DNA of 64,000 nucleotides. Origin: Auanema rhodensis. Its lineage: Eukaryota; Animalia; Nematoda. The stretch covers positions 1,860,001-1,924,000 of the forward strand of contig OZ059897.1 in the NCBI GenBank assembly GCA_964057225.1, read 5' to 3'. The notes beneath the pieces are model-generated. The model had not been told where the DNA came from and did not search any database. It was given only the letters and a program-made list of their open reading frames with translations. The position numbers were made by a program, and so were the translations under genes. This document shows positions 40,681-54,407 of this stretch, one piece after another (the first letter of the stretch is position 1; each line of letters opens with the position of its first letter).

Positions 40681-41999
40681 GATCGTATGAAAAATAATGC
40701 ATTAGTGTATGTTGAGTTCCCATGTACACTCAACATTGCTTCCAAAAACATTTTGACAAAAATTTTCCCGAAAAATTTCTAAATAATTTCACAAAAAGTA
40801 GATGTTTTTAGATTCCTTTTTTCAAGACGAATACGATGGACAATGTTTTTCAACGAAAAAATCATTTCTTCAGGGTGAAAATCGAGGATATAAGTGTGAA
40901 CATATATCAGTTGATATCTCGGTGCATTTTTAAGCTAACTCAAATCTGATAACACAGATCGACGCAGCTTAAAAATCCGCATCGAATGCACTATATTACA
41001 TTGAGAAACGCTCTATACAAAAATTAGTTATGATCGTTTGAAAAATAATGCATTAGTGTATGCTGAGTTCCCATGTACACTCAACATTGCTTCCAAAAAC
41101 ATTGTGACAAAAATTTTCCCGAAAAATTTCTAAATAATTTCACAAAAAGTAGGAGTTTTTAGATTTCTTTTTTCAAGGCAAAGACAATGGACAATGTTAT
41201 TCAACGAAAAAATTAATTCTTCAGGGTGAAAATCGAGGATATAAGTGTGAACCTATATCAGTTGATTACTCGGTGCATTTTTAAGCTAGCGCAAATCTGA
41301 TAACACAGATCAACGCAGCTTAAAAATCCGCATCGAATGCACTATACTACATTGAGAAACGCTCCATACAAAAATTAGTTATGATCGTTTGAAAAATAAT
41401 GCATTAGTGTATGTTGAGTTCCCATGTACACTCAACATTGCTTCCAAAAACATTTTGACAAAAATTTTCCCGAAAAATTTCTAAATAATTTCACAAAAAG
41501 TAGATGTTTTTAGATTTCTTTTTTCAAGACGAATACGATGGACAATGTTTTTCAACGAAAAAATCGTTTCTTCAGGGTGAAAATCGAGGATATAAGTGTG
41601 AACATATATCAGTTGATATCTCGGTGCATTTTTAAGCTAACTCAAATCTGATAACACAGATCGACGCAGCTTAAAAATCCGCATCGAATGCACTATACTA
41701 CATTGAGAAACGCTCTATACAAAAATTAGTTATGATCGTATGAAAAATAATGCATTAGTGTATGTTGAGTTCCCATGTACACTCAACATTGCTTCCAAAA
41801 ACATTTTGACAAAAATTTTCCCGAAAAATTTCTGAATAATTTCACAAAAAGTAGATGTTTTTAGATTCTTTTTTTCAAGACGAATACGATGGACAATGTT
41901 TTTCAACGAAAAAATCATTTCTTCAGGGTGAAAATCGAGGATATAAGTGTGAACATATATCAGTTGATATCTCGGTGCATTTTTAAGCTAACTCAAATC

Positions 42000-44900
42000 T
42001 GATAACACAGATCGACGCAGCTTAAAAATCCGCATCGAATGCACTATACTACATTGAGAAACGCTCTATACAAAAATTAGTTAAGATCGTTTGAAAAATA
42101 ATGCATTAGTGTATGCTGAGTTCCCATGTACACTCAACATTGCTTCCAAAAACATTGTGACAAAAATTTTCCCGAAAAATTTCTAAATAATTTCACAAAA
42201 AGTAGATGTTTTTAGATTCCTTTTTTCGAGGCAAAGACGATGGACAATGTTATTCAACGAAAAAATTAATTCTTCAGGGTGAAAATCGAGGATATAAGTG
42301 TGAACCTATATCAGTTGATATCTCGGTGCATTTTCAAGCTAGCGCAAATCTGATAACACAGATCGACGCAGCTTAAAAATCCGCATCGAATGCACTATAC
42401 TACATTGATAAACGCTTAATACAAAAATTAGTTATGATCGTTTGAAAAATAATGCATTAGTGTATGTTGAGTTCCCATGTACACTCAACATTGCTTCCAA
42501 AAACATTTTGACAAAAATTTTCCCGAAAAATTTCTAAATAATTTCACAAAAAGTAGATGTTTTTAGATTCCTTTTTTCAAGACGAAGACGATGGACAATG
42601 TTATTCAACGAAAAAATCATTTCTTCAGGGTGAAAATCGAGGATATAAGCGTGAACATATATCAGTTGATATCTCGGTGCATTTTTAAGCTAACTCAAAT
42701 CTGATAACACAGATCAACGCAGCTTAAAAATCCGCATCGACAGCACTATACTACATTGAGAAACGCTCTATACGAAAATTAGTTATGATCGTTTGAAAAA
42801 TAATGCATTAGTGTATGCTGAGTTCCCATGTACACTCAACATTGCTTCCAAAAACATTGTGACAAAAATTTTCCCGAAAAATTTCTAAATAATTTTACAA
42901 AAAGTAGATGTTTTTAGATTTCTTTTTTCAAGGCAAAGACGATGGACAATGTTATTCAACGAAAAAATTAATTCTTCAGGGTGAAAATCGAGGATATAAG
43001 TGTGAACCTATATCAGTTGATTACTCGGTGCATTTTTAAGCTAGCGCAAATCTGATAACACAGATCAACGCAGCTTAAAAATCCGCATCGAATGCACTAT
43101 ACTACAATGAGAAACGCTCTATACAAAAATTAGTTATGATCGTATGAAAAATAATGCATTAGTGTATGCTGAGTTCCCATGTACACTCAACATTGCTTCC
43201 AAAAACATTGTGACAAAAATTTTCCCGAAAAATTTCTAAATAATTTTACAAAAAGTAGATGTTTTTAGATTTCTTTTTTCAAGGCAAAGACGATGGACAA
43301 TGTTATTCAACGAAAAAATTAATTCTTCAGGGTGAAAATCGAGGATATAAGTGTGAACCTATATCAGTTGATTACTCGGTGCATTTTTAAGCTAGCGCAA
43401 ATCTGATAACACAGATCAACGCAGCTTAAAAATCCGCATCGAATGCACTATACTACAATGAGAAACGCTCTATACAAAAATTAGTTATGATCGTATGAAA
43501 AATAATGCATTAGTGTATGTTGAGTTCCCATGTACACTCAACATTGCTTCCAAAAACATTTTGACAAAAATTTTCCCGAAAAATTTCTAAATAATTTCAC
43601 AAAAAGTAGATGTTTTTAGATTCCTTTTTTCAAGACGAATACGATGGACAATGTTTTTCAACGAAAAAATCATTTCTTCAGGGTGAAAATCGAGGATATA
43701 AGTGTGAACATATATCAGTTGATATCTCGGTGCATTTTTAAGCTAACTCAAATCTGATAACACAGATCGACGCAGCTTAAAAATCCGCATCGAATGCACT
43801 ATACTACATTGAGAAACGCTCTATACAAAAATTAGTTATGATCGTTTGAAAAATAATGCATTAGTGTATGCTGAGTTCCCATGTACACTCAACATTGCTT
43901 CCAAAAACATTGTGACAAAAATTTTCACGAAAAATTTCTAAATAATTTCACAAAAAGTAGGAGTTTTTAGATTTCTTTTTTCAAGGCAAAGACGATGGAC
44001 AATGTTATTCAACGAAAAAATTAATTCTTCAGGGTGAAAATCGAGGATATAAGTGTGAACCTATATCAGTTGATTACTCGGTGCATTTTTAAGCTAGCGC
44101 AAATCTGATAACACAGATCGACGCAGCTTAAAAATCCGCATCGAATGCACTATACTACATTGAGAAACGCTCTATACAAAAATTAGTTATGATCGTATGA
44201 AAAATAATGCATTAGTGTATGTTGAGTTCCCATGTACACTCAACATTGCTTCCAAAAACATTTTGACAAAAATTTTCCCGAAAAATTTCTAAATAATTTC
44301 ACAAAAAGTAGATGTTTTTAGATTCCTTTTTTCAAGACGAATACGATGGACAATGTTTTTCAACGAAAAAATCATTTCTTCAGGGTGAAAATCGAGGATA
44401 TAAGTGTGAACATATATCAGTTGATATCTCGGTGCATTTTTAAGCTAACTCAAATCTGATAACACAGATCGACGCAGCTTAAAAATCCGCATCGAATGCA
44501 CTATACTACATTGAGAAACGCTCTATACAAAAATTAGTTATGATCGTTTGAAAAATAATGCATTAGTGTATGCTGAGTTCCCATGTACACTCAACATTGC
44601 TTCCAAAAACATTGTGACAAAAATTTTCCCGAAAAATTTCTAAATAATTTCACAAAAAGTAGGAGTTTTTAGATTTCTTTTTTCAAGGCAAAGACGATGG
44701 ACAATGTTATTCAACGAAAAAATTAATTCTTCAGGGTGAAAATCGAGGATATAAGTGTGAACCTATATCAGTTGATTACTCGGTGCATTTTTAAGCTAGC
44801 GCAAATCTGATAACACAGATCGACGCAGCTTAAAAATCCGCATCGAATGCACTATACTACATTGAGAAACGCTCTATACAAAAATTAGTTATGATCGTTT

Positions 44901-47900
44901 GAAAAATAATGCATTAGTGTATGTTGAGTTCCCATGTACACTCAACATTGCTTCCAAAAACATTTTGACAAAAATTTTCCCGAAAAATTTCTAAATAATT
45001 TCACAAAAAGTAGATGTTTTTAGATTCCTTTTTTCAAGACGAATACGATGGACAATGTTTGTTAACGAAAAAATCATTTCTTCAGGGTGAAAATCGAGGA
45101 TATAAGTGTGAACATATATCAGTTGATATCTCGGTGCATTTTTAAGCTAACTCAAATCTGATAACACAGATCGACGCAGCTTAAAAATCCGCATCGAATG
45201 CACTATACTACATTGAGAAACGCTCTATACAAAAATTAGTTATGATCGTTTGAAAAATAATGCATTAGTGTATGCTGAGTTCCCATGTACACTCAACATT
45301 GCTTCCAAAAACATTTTGACAAAAATTTTCCCGAAAAATTTCTAAATAATTTCACAAAAAGTAGATGTTTTTAGATTCCTTTTTTCAAGACGAATACGAT
45401 GGACAATGTTTTTCAACAAAAAAATCATTTCTTCAGGGTGAAAATCGAGGATATAAGTGTGAACATATATCAGTTGATATCTCGGTGCATTTTTAAGTTA
45501 ACTCAAATCTGATAACACAGATCAACGCAGCTTAAAAATCCGCATCGAATGCACTATACTACATTGAGAAACGCTTTATACAAAAATTAGTTATGATCGT
45601 ATGAAAAATAATGCATTAGTGTATGTTGAGTTCCCATGTACACTCAACATTGCTTCCAAAAACATTTTGACAAAAATTTTCCCGAAAAATTTCTAAATAA
45701 TTTCACAAAAAGTAGATGTTTTTAGATTCCTTTTTTCAAGACGAATACGATGGACAATGTTTTTCAACGAAAAAATCATTTCTTCAGGGTGAAAATCGAG
45801 GATATAAGTGTGAACATATATCAGTTGATATCTCGGTGCATTTTTAAGCTAACTCAAATCTGATAACACAGATCGACGCAGCTTAAAAATCCGCATCGAA
45901 TGCACTATACTACATTGAGAAACGCTCTATACAAAAATTAGTTATGATCGTTTGAAAAATAATGCATTAGTGTATGCTGAGTTCCCATGTACACTCAACA
46001 TTGCTTCCAAAAACATTGTGACAAAAATTTTACCGAAAAATTTCTAAATAATTTCACAAAAAGTAGATGTTTTTAGATTCCTTTTTTCAAGACGAATACG
46101 ATGGACAATGTTTTTCAACGAAAAAATCATTTCTTCAGGGTGAAAATCGAGGATATAAGTGTGAACCTATATCAGTTGATATCTCGGTGCATTTTTAAGT
46201 TAACTCAAATCTGATAACACAGATCGACGCAGCTTAAAAATCCGCATCGAATGCACTATACTACATTGAGAAACGCTCTATACAAAAATTAGTTATGATC
46301 GTTTGAAAAATAATGCATTAGTGTATGCTGAGTTCCCATGTACACTCAACATTGCTTCCAAAAACATTTTGACAAAAATTTTCCCGAAAAATTTCTAAAT
46401 AATTTCACAAAAAGTAGATGTTTTTAGATTCCTTTTTTCAAGACGAATACGATGGACAATGTTTTTCAACGAAAAAATCATTTCTTCAGGGTGAAAATCG
46501 AGGATATAAGTGTGAACATATATCAGTTGATATCTCGGTGCATTTTTAAGCTAACTCAAATCTGATAACACAGATCGACGCAGCTTAAAAATCCGCATCG
46601 AATGCACTATACTACATTGAGAAACGCTTTATACAAAAATTAGTTATGATCGTATGAAAAATAATGCATTAGTGTATGTTGAGTTCCCATGTACACTCAA
46701 CATTGCTTCCAAAAACATTTTGACAAAAATTTTCCCGAAAAATTTCTAAATAATTTCACAAAAAGTAGATGTTTTTAGATTCCTTTTTTCAAGACGAATA
46801 CGATGGACAATGTTTTTCAACGAAAAAATCATTTCTTCAGGGTGAAAATCGAGGATATAAGTGTGAACATATATCAGTTGATATCTCGGTGCATTTTTAA
46901 GCTAACTCAAATCTGATAACACAGATCGACGCAGCTTAAAAATCCGCATCGAATGCACTATACTACATTGAGAAACGCTCTATACAAAAATTAGTTAAGA
47001 TCGTTTGAAAAATAATGCATTAGTGTATGCTGAGTTCCCATGTACACTCAACATTGCTTCCAAAAACATTGTGACAAAAATTTTCCCGAAAAATTTCTAA
47101 ATAATTTCACAAAAAGTAGATGTTTTTAGATTCCTTTTTTCAAGACGAATACGATGGACAATGTTTTTCAACGAAAAAATCATTTCTTCAGGGTGAAAAT
47201 CGAGGATATAAGTGTGAACATATATCAGTTGATATCTCGGTGCATTTTTAAGCTAACTCAAATCTGATAACACAGATCGACGCAGCTTAAAAATCCGCAT
47301 CGAATGCACTATACTACATTGAGAAACGCTTTATACAAAAATTAGTTATGATCGTATGAAAAATAATGCATTAGTGTATGTTGAGTTCCCATGTACACTC
47401 AACATTGCTTCCAAAAACATTTTGACAAAAATTTTCCCGAAAAATTTCTAAATAATTTCACAAAAAGTAGATGTTTTTAGATTCCTTTTTTCAAGACGAA
47501 TACGATGGACAATGTTTTTCAACGAAAAAATCATTTCTTCAGGGTGAAAATCGAGGATATAAGTGTGAACATATATCAGTTGATATCTCGGTGCATTTTT
47601 AAGCTAACTCAAATCTGATAACACAGATCGACGCAGCTTAAAAATCCGCATCGAATGCACTATGCTACATTGAGAAACGCTCTATACAAAAATTAGTTAA
47701 GATCGTTTGAAAAATAATGCATTAGTGTATGCTGAGTTCCCATGTACACTCAACATTGCTTCCAAAAACATTGTGACAAAAATTTTCCCGAAAAATTTCT
47801 AAATAATTTCACAAAAAGTAGATGTTTTTAGATTCCTTTTTTCAAGGCAAAGACGATGGACAATGTTATTCAACGAAAAAATTAATTCTTCAGGGTGAAA

Positions 47901-50900
47901 ATCGAGGATATAAGTGTGAACCTATATCAGTTGATATCTCGGTGCATTTTCAAGCTAGCGCAAATCTGATAACACAGATCGACGCAGCTTAAAAATCCGC
48001 ATCGAATGCACTATACTACATTGATAAACGCTTAATACAAAAATTAGTTATGATCGTTTGAAAAATAATGCATTAGTGTATGCTGAGTTCCCATGTACAC
48101 TCAACATTGCTTCCAAAAACATTGTGACAAAAATTTTCCCGAAAAATTTCTAAATAATTTTACAAAAAGTAGATGTTTTTAGATTTCTTTTTTCAAGGCA
48201 AAGACGATGGACAATGTTATTCAACGAAAAAATTAATTCTTCAGGGTGAAAATCGAGGATATAAGTGTGAACCTATATCAGTTGATTACTCGGTGCATTT
48301 TTAAGCTAGCGCAAATCTGATAACACAGATCAACGCAGCTTAAAAATCCGCATCGAATGCACTATACTACAATGAGAAACGCTCTATACAAAAATTAGTT
48401 ATGATCGTATGAAAAATAATGCATTAGTGTATGCTGAGTTCCCATGTACACTCAACATTGCTTCCAAAAACATTGTGACAAAAATATTCCCGAAAAATTT
48501 CTAAATAATTTTACAAAAAGTAGATGTTTTTAGATTTCTTTTTTCAAGGCAAAGACGATGGACAATGTTATTCAACGAAAAAATTAATTCTTCAGGGTGA
48601 AAATCGAGGATATAAGTGTGAACCTATATCAGTTGATTACTCGGTGCATTTTTAAGCTAGCGCAAATCTGATAACACAGATCAACGCAGCTTAAAAATCC
48701 GCATCGAATGCACTATACTACAATGAGAAACGCTCTATACAAAAATTAGTTATGATCGTATGAAAAATAATGCATTAGTGTATGTTGAGTTCCCATGTAC
48801 ACTCAACATTGCTTCCAAAAACATTTTGACAAAAATTTTCCCGAAAAATTTCTAAATAATTTCACAAAAAGTAGATGTTTTTAGATTCCTTTTTTCAAGA
48901 CGAATACGATGGACAATGTTTTTCAACGAAAAAATCATTTCTTCAGGGTGAAAATCGAGGATATAAGTGTGAACATATATCAGTTGATATCTCGGTGCAT
49001 TTTTAAGCTAACTCAAATCTGATAACACAGATCGACGCAGCTTAAAAATCCGCATCGAATGCACTATACTACATTGAGAAACGCTCTATACAAAAATTAG
49101 TTATGATCGTTTGAAAAATAATGCATTAGTGTATGCTGAGTTCCCATGTACACTCAACATTGCTTCCAAAAACATTGTGACAAAAATTTTCACGAAAAAT
49201 TTCTAAATAATTTCACAAAAAGTAGGAGTTTTTAGATTTCTTTTTTCAAGGCAAAGACGATGGACAATGTTATTCAACGAAAAAATTAATTCTTCAGGGT
49301 GAAAATCGAGGATATAAGTGTGAACCTATATCAGTTGATTACTCGGTGCATTTTTAAGCTAGCGCAAATCTGATAACACAGATCGACGCAGCTTAAAAAT
49401 CCGCATCGAATGCACTATACTACATTGAGAAACGCTCTATACAAAAATTAGTTATGATCGTTTGAAAAATAATGCATTAGTGTATGCTGAGTTCCCATGT
49501 ACACTCAACATTGCTTCCAAAAACATTGTGACAAAAATTTTCACGAAAAATTTCTAAATAATTTCACAAAAAGTAGGAGTTTTTAGATTTCTTTTTTCAA
49601 GGCAAAGACGATGGACAATGTTATTCAACGAAAAAATTAATTCTTCAGGGTGAAAATCGAGGATATAAGTGTGAACCTATATCAGTTGATTACTCGGTGC
49701 ATTTTTAAGCTAGCGCAAATCTGATAACACAGATCGACGCAGCTTAAAAATCCGCATCGAATGCACTATACTACATTGAGAAACGCTCTATACAAAAATT
49801 AGTTATGATCGTATGAAAAATAATGCATTAGTGTATGTTGAGTTCCCATGTACACTCAACATTGCTTCCAAAAACATTTTGACAAAAATTTTCCCGAAAA
49901 ATTTCTAAATAATTTCACAAAAAGTAAATGTTTTTAGATTCCTTTTTTCAAGACGAATACGATGGACAATGTTTTTCAACGAAAAAATCATTTCTTCAGG
50001 GTGAAAATCGAGGATATAAGTGTGAACATATATCAGTTGATATCTCGGTGCATTTTTAAGCTAACTCAAATCTGATAACACAGATCGACGCAGCTTAAAA
50101 ATCCGCATCGAATGCACTATACTACATTGAGAAACGCTCTATACAAAAATTAGTTATGATCGTTTGAAAAATAATGCATTAGTGTATGCTGAGTTCCGAT
50201 GTACACTCAACATTGCTTCCAAAAACATTGTGACAAAAATTTTCCCGAAAAATTTCTAAATAATTTCACAAAAAGTAGGAGTTTTTAGATTTCTTTTTTC
50301 AAGGCAAAGACGATGGACAATGTTATTCAACGAAAAAATTAATTCTTCAGGGTGAAAATCGAGGATATAAGTGTGAACCTATATCAGTTGATTACTCGGT
50401 GCATTTTTAAGCTAGCGCAAATCTGATAACACAGATCGACGCAGCTTAAAAATCCGCATCGAATGCACTATACTACATTGAGAAACGCTCTATACAAAAA
50501 TTAGTTATGATCGTTTGAAAAATAATGCATTAGTGTATGTTGAGTTCCCATGTACACTCAACATTGCTTCCAAAAACATTTTGACAAAAATTTTCCCGAA
50601 AAATTTCTAAATAATTTCACAAAAAGTAGATGTTTTTAGATTCCTTTTTTCAAGACGAATACGATGGACAATGTTTGTTAACGAAAAAATCATTTCTTCA
50701 GGGTGAAAATCGAGGATATAAGTGTGAACATATATCAGTTGATATCTCGGTGCATTTTTAAGCTAACTCAAATCTGATAACACAGATCGACGCAGCTTAA
50801 AAATCCGCATCGAATGCACTATACTACATTGAGAAACGCTCTATACAAAAATTAGTTATGATCGTTTGAAAAATAATGCATTAGTGTATGCTGAGTTCCC

Positions 50901-52600
50901 ATGTACACTCAACATTGCTTCCAAAAACATTTTGACAAAAATTTTCCCGAAAAATTTCTAAATAATTTCACAAAAAGTAGATGTTTTTAGATTCCTTTTT
51001 TCAAGACGAATACGATGGACAATGTTTTTCAACAAAAAAATCATTTCTTCAGGGTGAAAATCGAGGATATAAGTGTGAACATATATCAGTTGATATCTCG
51101 GTGCATTTTTAAGTTAACTCAAATCTGATAACACAGATCAACGCAGCTTAAAAATCCGCATCGAATGCACTATACTACATTGAGAAACGCTTTATACAAA
51201 AATTAGTTATGATCGTATGAAAAATAATGCATTAGTGTATGTTGAGTTCCCATGTACACTCAACATTGCTTCCAAAAACATTTTGACAAAAATTTTCCCG
51301 AAAAATTTCTAAATAATTTCACAAAAAGTAGATGTTTTTAGATTCCTTTTTTCAAGACGAATACGATGGACAATGTTTTTCAACGAAAAAATCATTTCTT
51401 CAGGGTGAAAATCGAGGATATAAGTGTGAACATATATCAGTTGATATCTCGGTGCATTTTTAAGCTAACTCAAATCTGATAACACAGATCGACGCAGCTT
51501 AAAAATCCGCATCGAATGCACTATACTACATTGAGAAACGCTCTATACAAAAATTAGTTATGATCGTTTGAAAAATAATGCATTAGTGTATGCTGAGTTC
51601 CCATGTACACTCAACATTGCTTCCAAAAACATTGTGACAAAAATTTTACCGAAAAATTTCTAAATAATTTCACAAAAAGTAGATGTTTTTAGATTCCTTT
51701 TTTCAAGACGAATACGATGGACAATGTTTTTCAACGAAAAAATCATTTCTTCAGGGTGAAAATCGAGGATATAAGTGTGAACATATATCAGTTGATATCT
51801 CGGTGCATTTTTAAGCTAACTCAAATCTGATAACACAGATCGACGCAGCTTAAAAATCCGCATCGAATGCACTATACTACATTGAGAAACGCTCTATACA
51901 AAAATTAGTTATGATCGTTTGAAAAATAATGCATTAGTGTATGCTGAGTTCCCATGTACACTCAACATTGCTTCCAAAAACATTTTGACAAAAATTTTCC
52001 CGAAAAATTTCTAAATAATTTCACAAAAAGTAGATGTTTTTAGATTCCTTTTTTCAAGACGAATACGATGGACAATGTTTTTCAACGAAAAAATCATTTC
52101 TTCAGGGTGAAAATCGAGGATATAAGTGTGAACATATATCAGTTGATATCTCGGTGCATTTTCAAGCTAACTCAAATCTGATAACACAGATCGACGCAGC
52201 TTAAAAATCCGCATCGAATGCACTATACTACATTGAGAAACGCTTTATACAAAAATTAGTTATGATCGTATGAAAAATAATGCATTAGTGTATGTTGAGT
52301 TCCCATGTACACTCAACATTGCTTCCAAAAACATTTTGACAAAAATTTTCCCGAAAAATTTCTAAATAATTTCACAAAAAGTAGATGTTTTTAGATTCCT
52401 TTTTTCAAGACGAATACGATGGACAATGTTTTTCAACGAAAAAATCATTTCTTCAGGGTGAAAATCGAGGATATAAGTGTGAACATATATCAGTTGATAT
52501 CTCGGTGCATTTTTAAGCTAACTCAAATCTGATAACACAGATCGACGCAGCTTAAAAATCCGCATCGAATGCACTATACTACATTGAGAAACGCTCTATA
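42000..52600. repeat. Tandem duplication of ~15-16 monomers; boundaries approximate
   Basis: SNP pairs at +5616 are 42084/47700, 45061/50677 and 46032/51648. Pairs at +5265 are 42896/48161, 43247/48512 and 43927/49192. Confidence 0.87.
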
Positions 52601-53002
52601 CAAAAATTAGTTATGATCGTTTGAAAAATAATGCATTAGTGTATGCTGAGTTCCCATGTACACTCAACATTGCTTCCAAAAACATTGTGACAAAAATTTT
52701 CCCGAAAAATTTCTAAATAATTTCACAAAAAGTAGGAGTTTTTAGATTTCTTTTCTCAAGGCAAAGACGATGGACAATGTTATTCAACGAAAAAATTAAT
52801 TCTTCAGGGTGAAAATCGAGGATATAAGTGTGAACCTATATCAGTTGATTACTCGGTGCATTTTTAAGCTAGCGCAAATCTGATAACACAGATCAACGCA
52901 GCTTAAAAATCCGCATCGAATGCACTATACTACATTGAGAAACGCTCCATACAAAAATTAGTTATGATCGTTTGAAAAATAATGCATTAGTGTATGTTGA
53001 GT

Positions 53003-53354
53003 TCCCATGTACACTCAACATTGCTTCCAAAAACATTTTGACAAAAATTTTCCCGAAAAATTTCTGAATAATTTCACAAAAAGTAGATGTTTTTAGATTC
53101 TTTTTTTCAAGACGAATACGATGGACAATGTTTTTCAACGAAAAAAACCATTTCTTCAGGGTGAAAATCGAGGATATAAGTGTGAACATATATCAGTTGA
53201 TATCTCGGTGCATTTTTAAGCTAACTCAAATCTGATAACACAGATCGACGCAACTTAAAAATCCGCATCGAATGCACTATACTACATTAAGAAACGCTCT
53301 ATACAAAAATTAGTTATGATCGTTTGAAAAATAATGCATTAGTGTATGCTGAGT
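53003..53354. repeat. 352-bp monomer (+1 indel near 53147)
   Basis: CG-AAAAAAA-CCATTT replaces consensus CG-AAAAAA-TCATTT, and the phase shifts by +1 downstream. The frameshift explains the 75-aa ORF variant. Confidence 0.92.
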
Positions 53355-54407
53355 TCCCATGTACACTCAACATTGCTTCCAAAAACATTGTGACAAAAAT
53401 TTTACCGAAAAATTTCTAAATAATTTCACAAAAAGTAGATGTTTTTAGATTCCTTTTTTCAAGACGAATACGATGGACAATGTTTTTCAACGAAAAAATC
53501 ATTTCTTCAGGGTGAAAATCGAGGATATAAGTGTGAACATATATCAGTTGATATCTCGGTGCATTTTTAAGCTAACTCAAATCTGATAACACAGATCGAC
53601 GCAGCTTAAAAATCCGCATCGAATGCACTATACTACATTGAGAAACGCTCTATACAAAAATTAGTTATGATCGTTTGAAAAATAATGCATTAGTGTATGC
53701 TGAGTTCCCATGTACACTCAACATTGCTTCCAAAAACATTTTGACAAAAATTTTCCCGAAAAATTTCTAAATAATTTCACAAAAAGTAGATGTTTTTAGA
53801 TTCCTTTTTTCAAGACGAATACGATGGACAATGTTTTTCAACGAAAAAATCATTTCTTCAGGGTGAAAATCGAGGATATAAGTGTGAACATATATCAGTT
53901 GATATCTCGGTGCATTTTTAAGCTAACTCAAATCTGATAACACAGATCGACGCAGCTTAAAAATCCGCATCGAATGCACTATACTACATTGAGAAACGCT
54001 TTATACAAAAATTAGTTATGATCGTATGAAAAATAATGCATTAGTGTATGTTGAGTTCCCATGTACACTCAACATTGCTTCCAAAAACATTTTGACAAAA
54101 ATTTTCCCGAAAAATTTCTGAATAATTTCACAAAAAGTAGATGTTTTTAGATTCCTTTTTTCAAGACAAATACGATGGACAATGTTTTTCAACGAAAAAA
54201 TCATTTCTTCAGGGTGAAAATCGAGGATATAAGTGTGAACATATATCAGTTGATATCTCGGTGCATTTTTAAGCTAACTCAAATCTGATAACACAGATCG
54301 ACGCAGCTTAAAAATCCGCATCGAATGCACTATACTACATTGAGAAACGCTCTATACAAAAATTAGTTATGATCGTTTGAAAAATAATGCATTAGTGTAT
54401 GCTGAGT

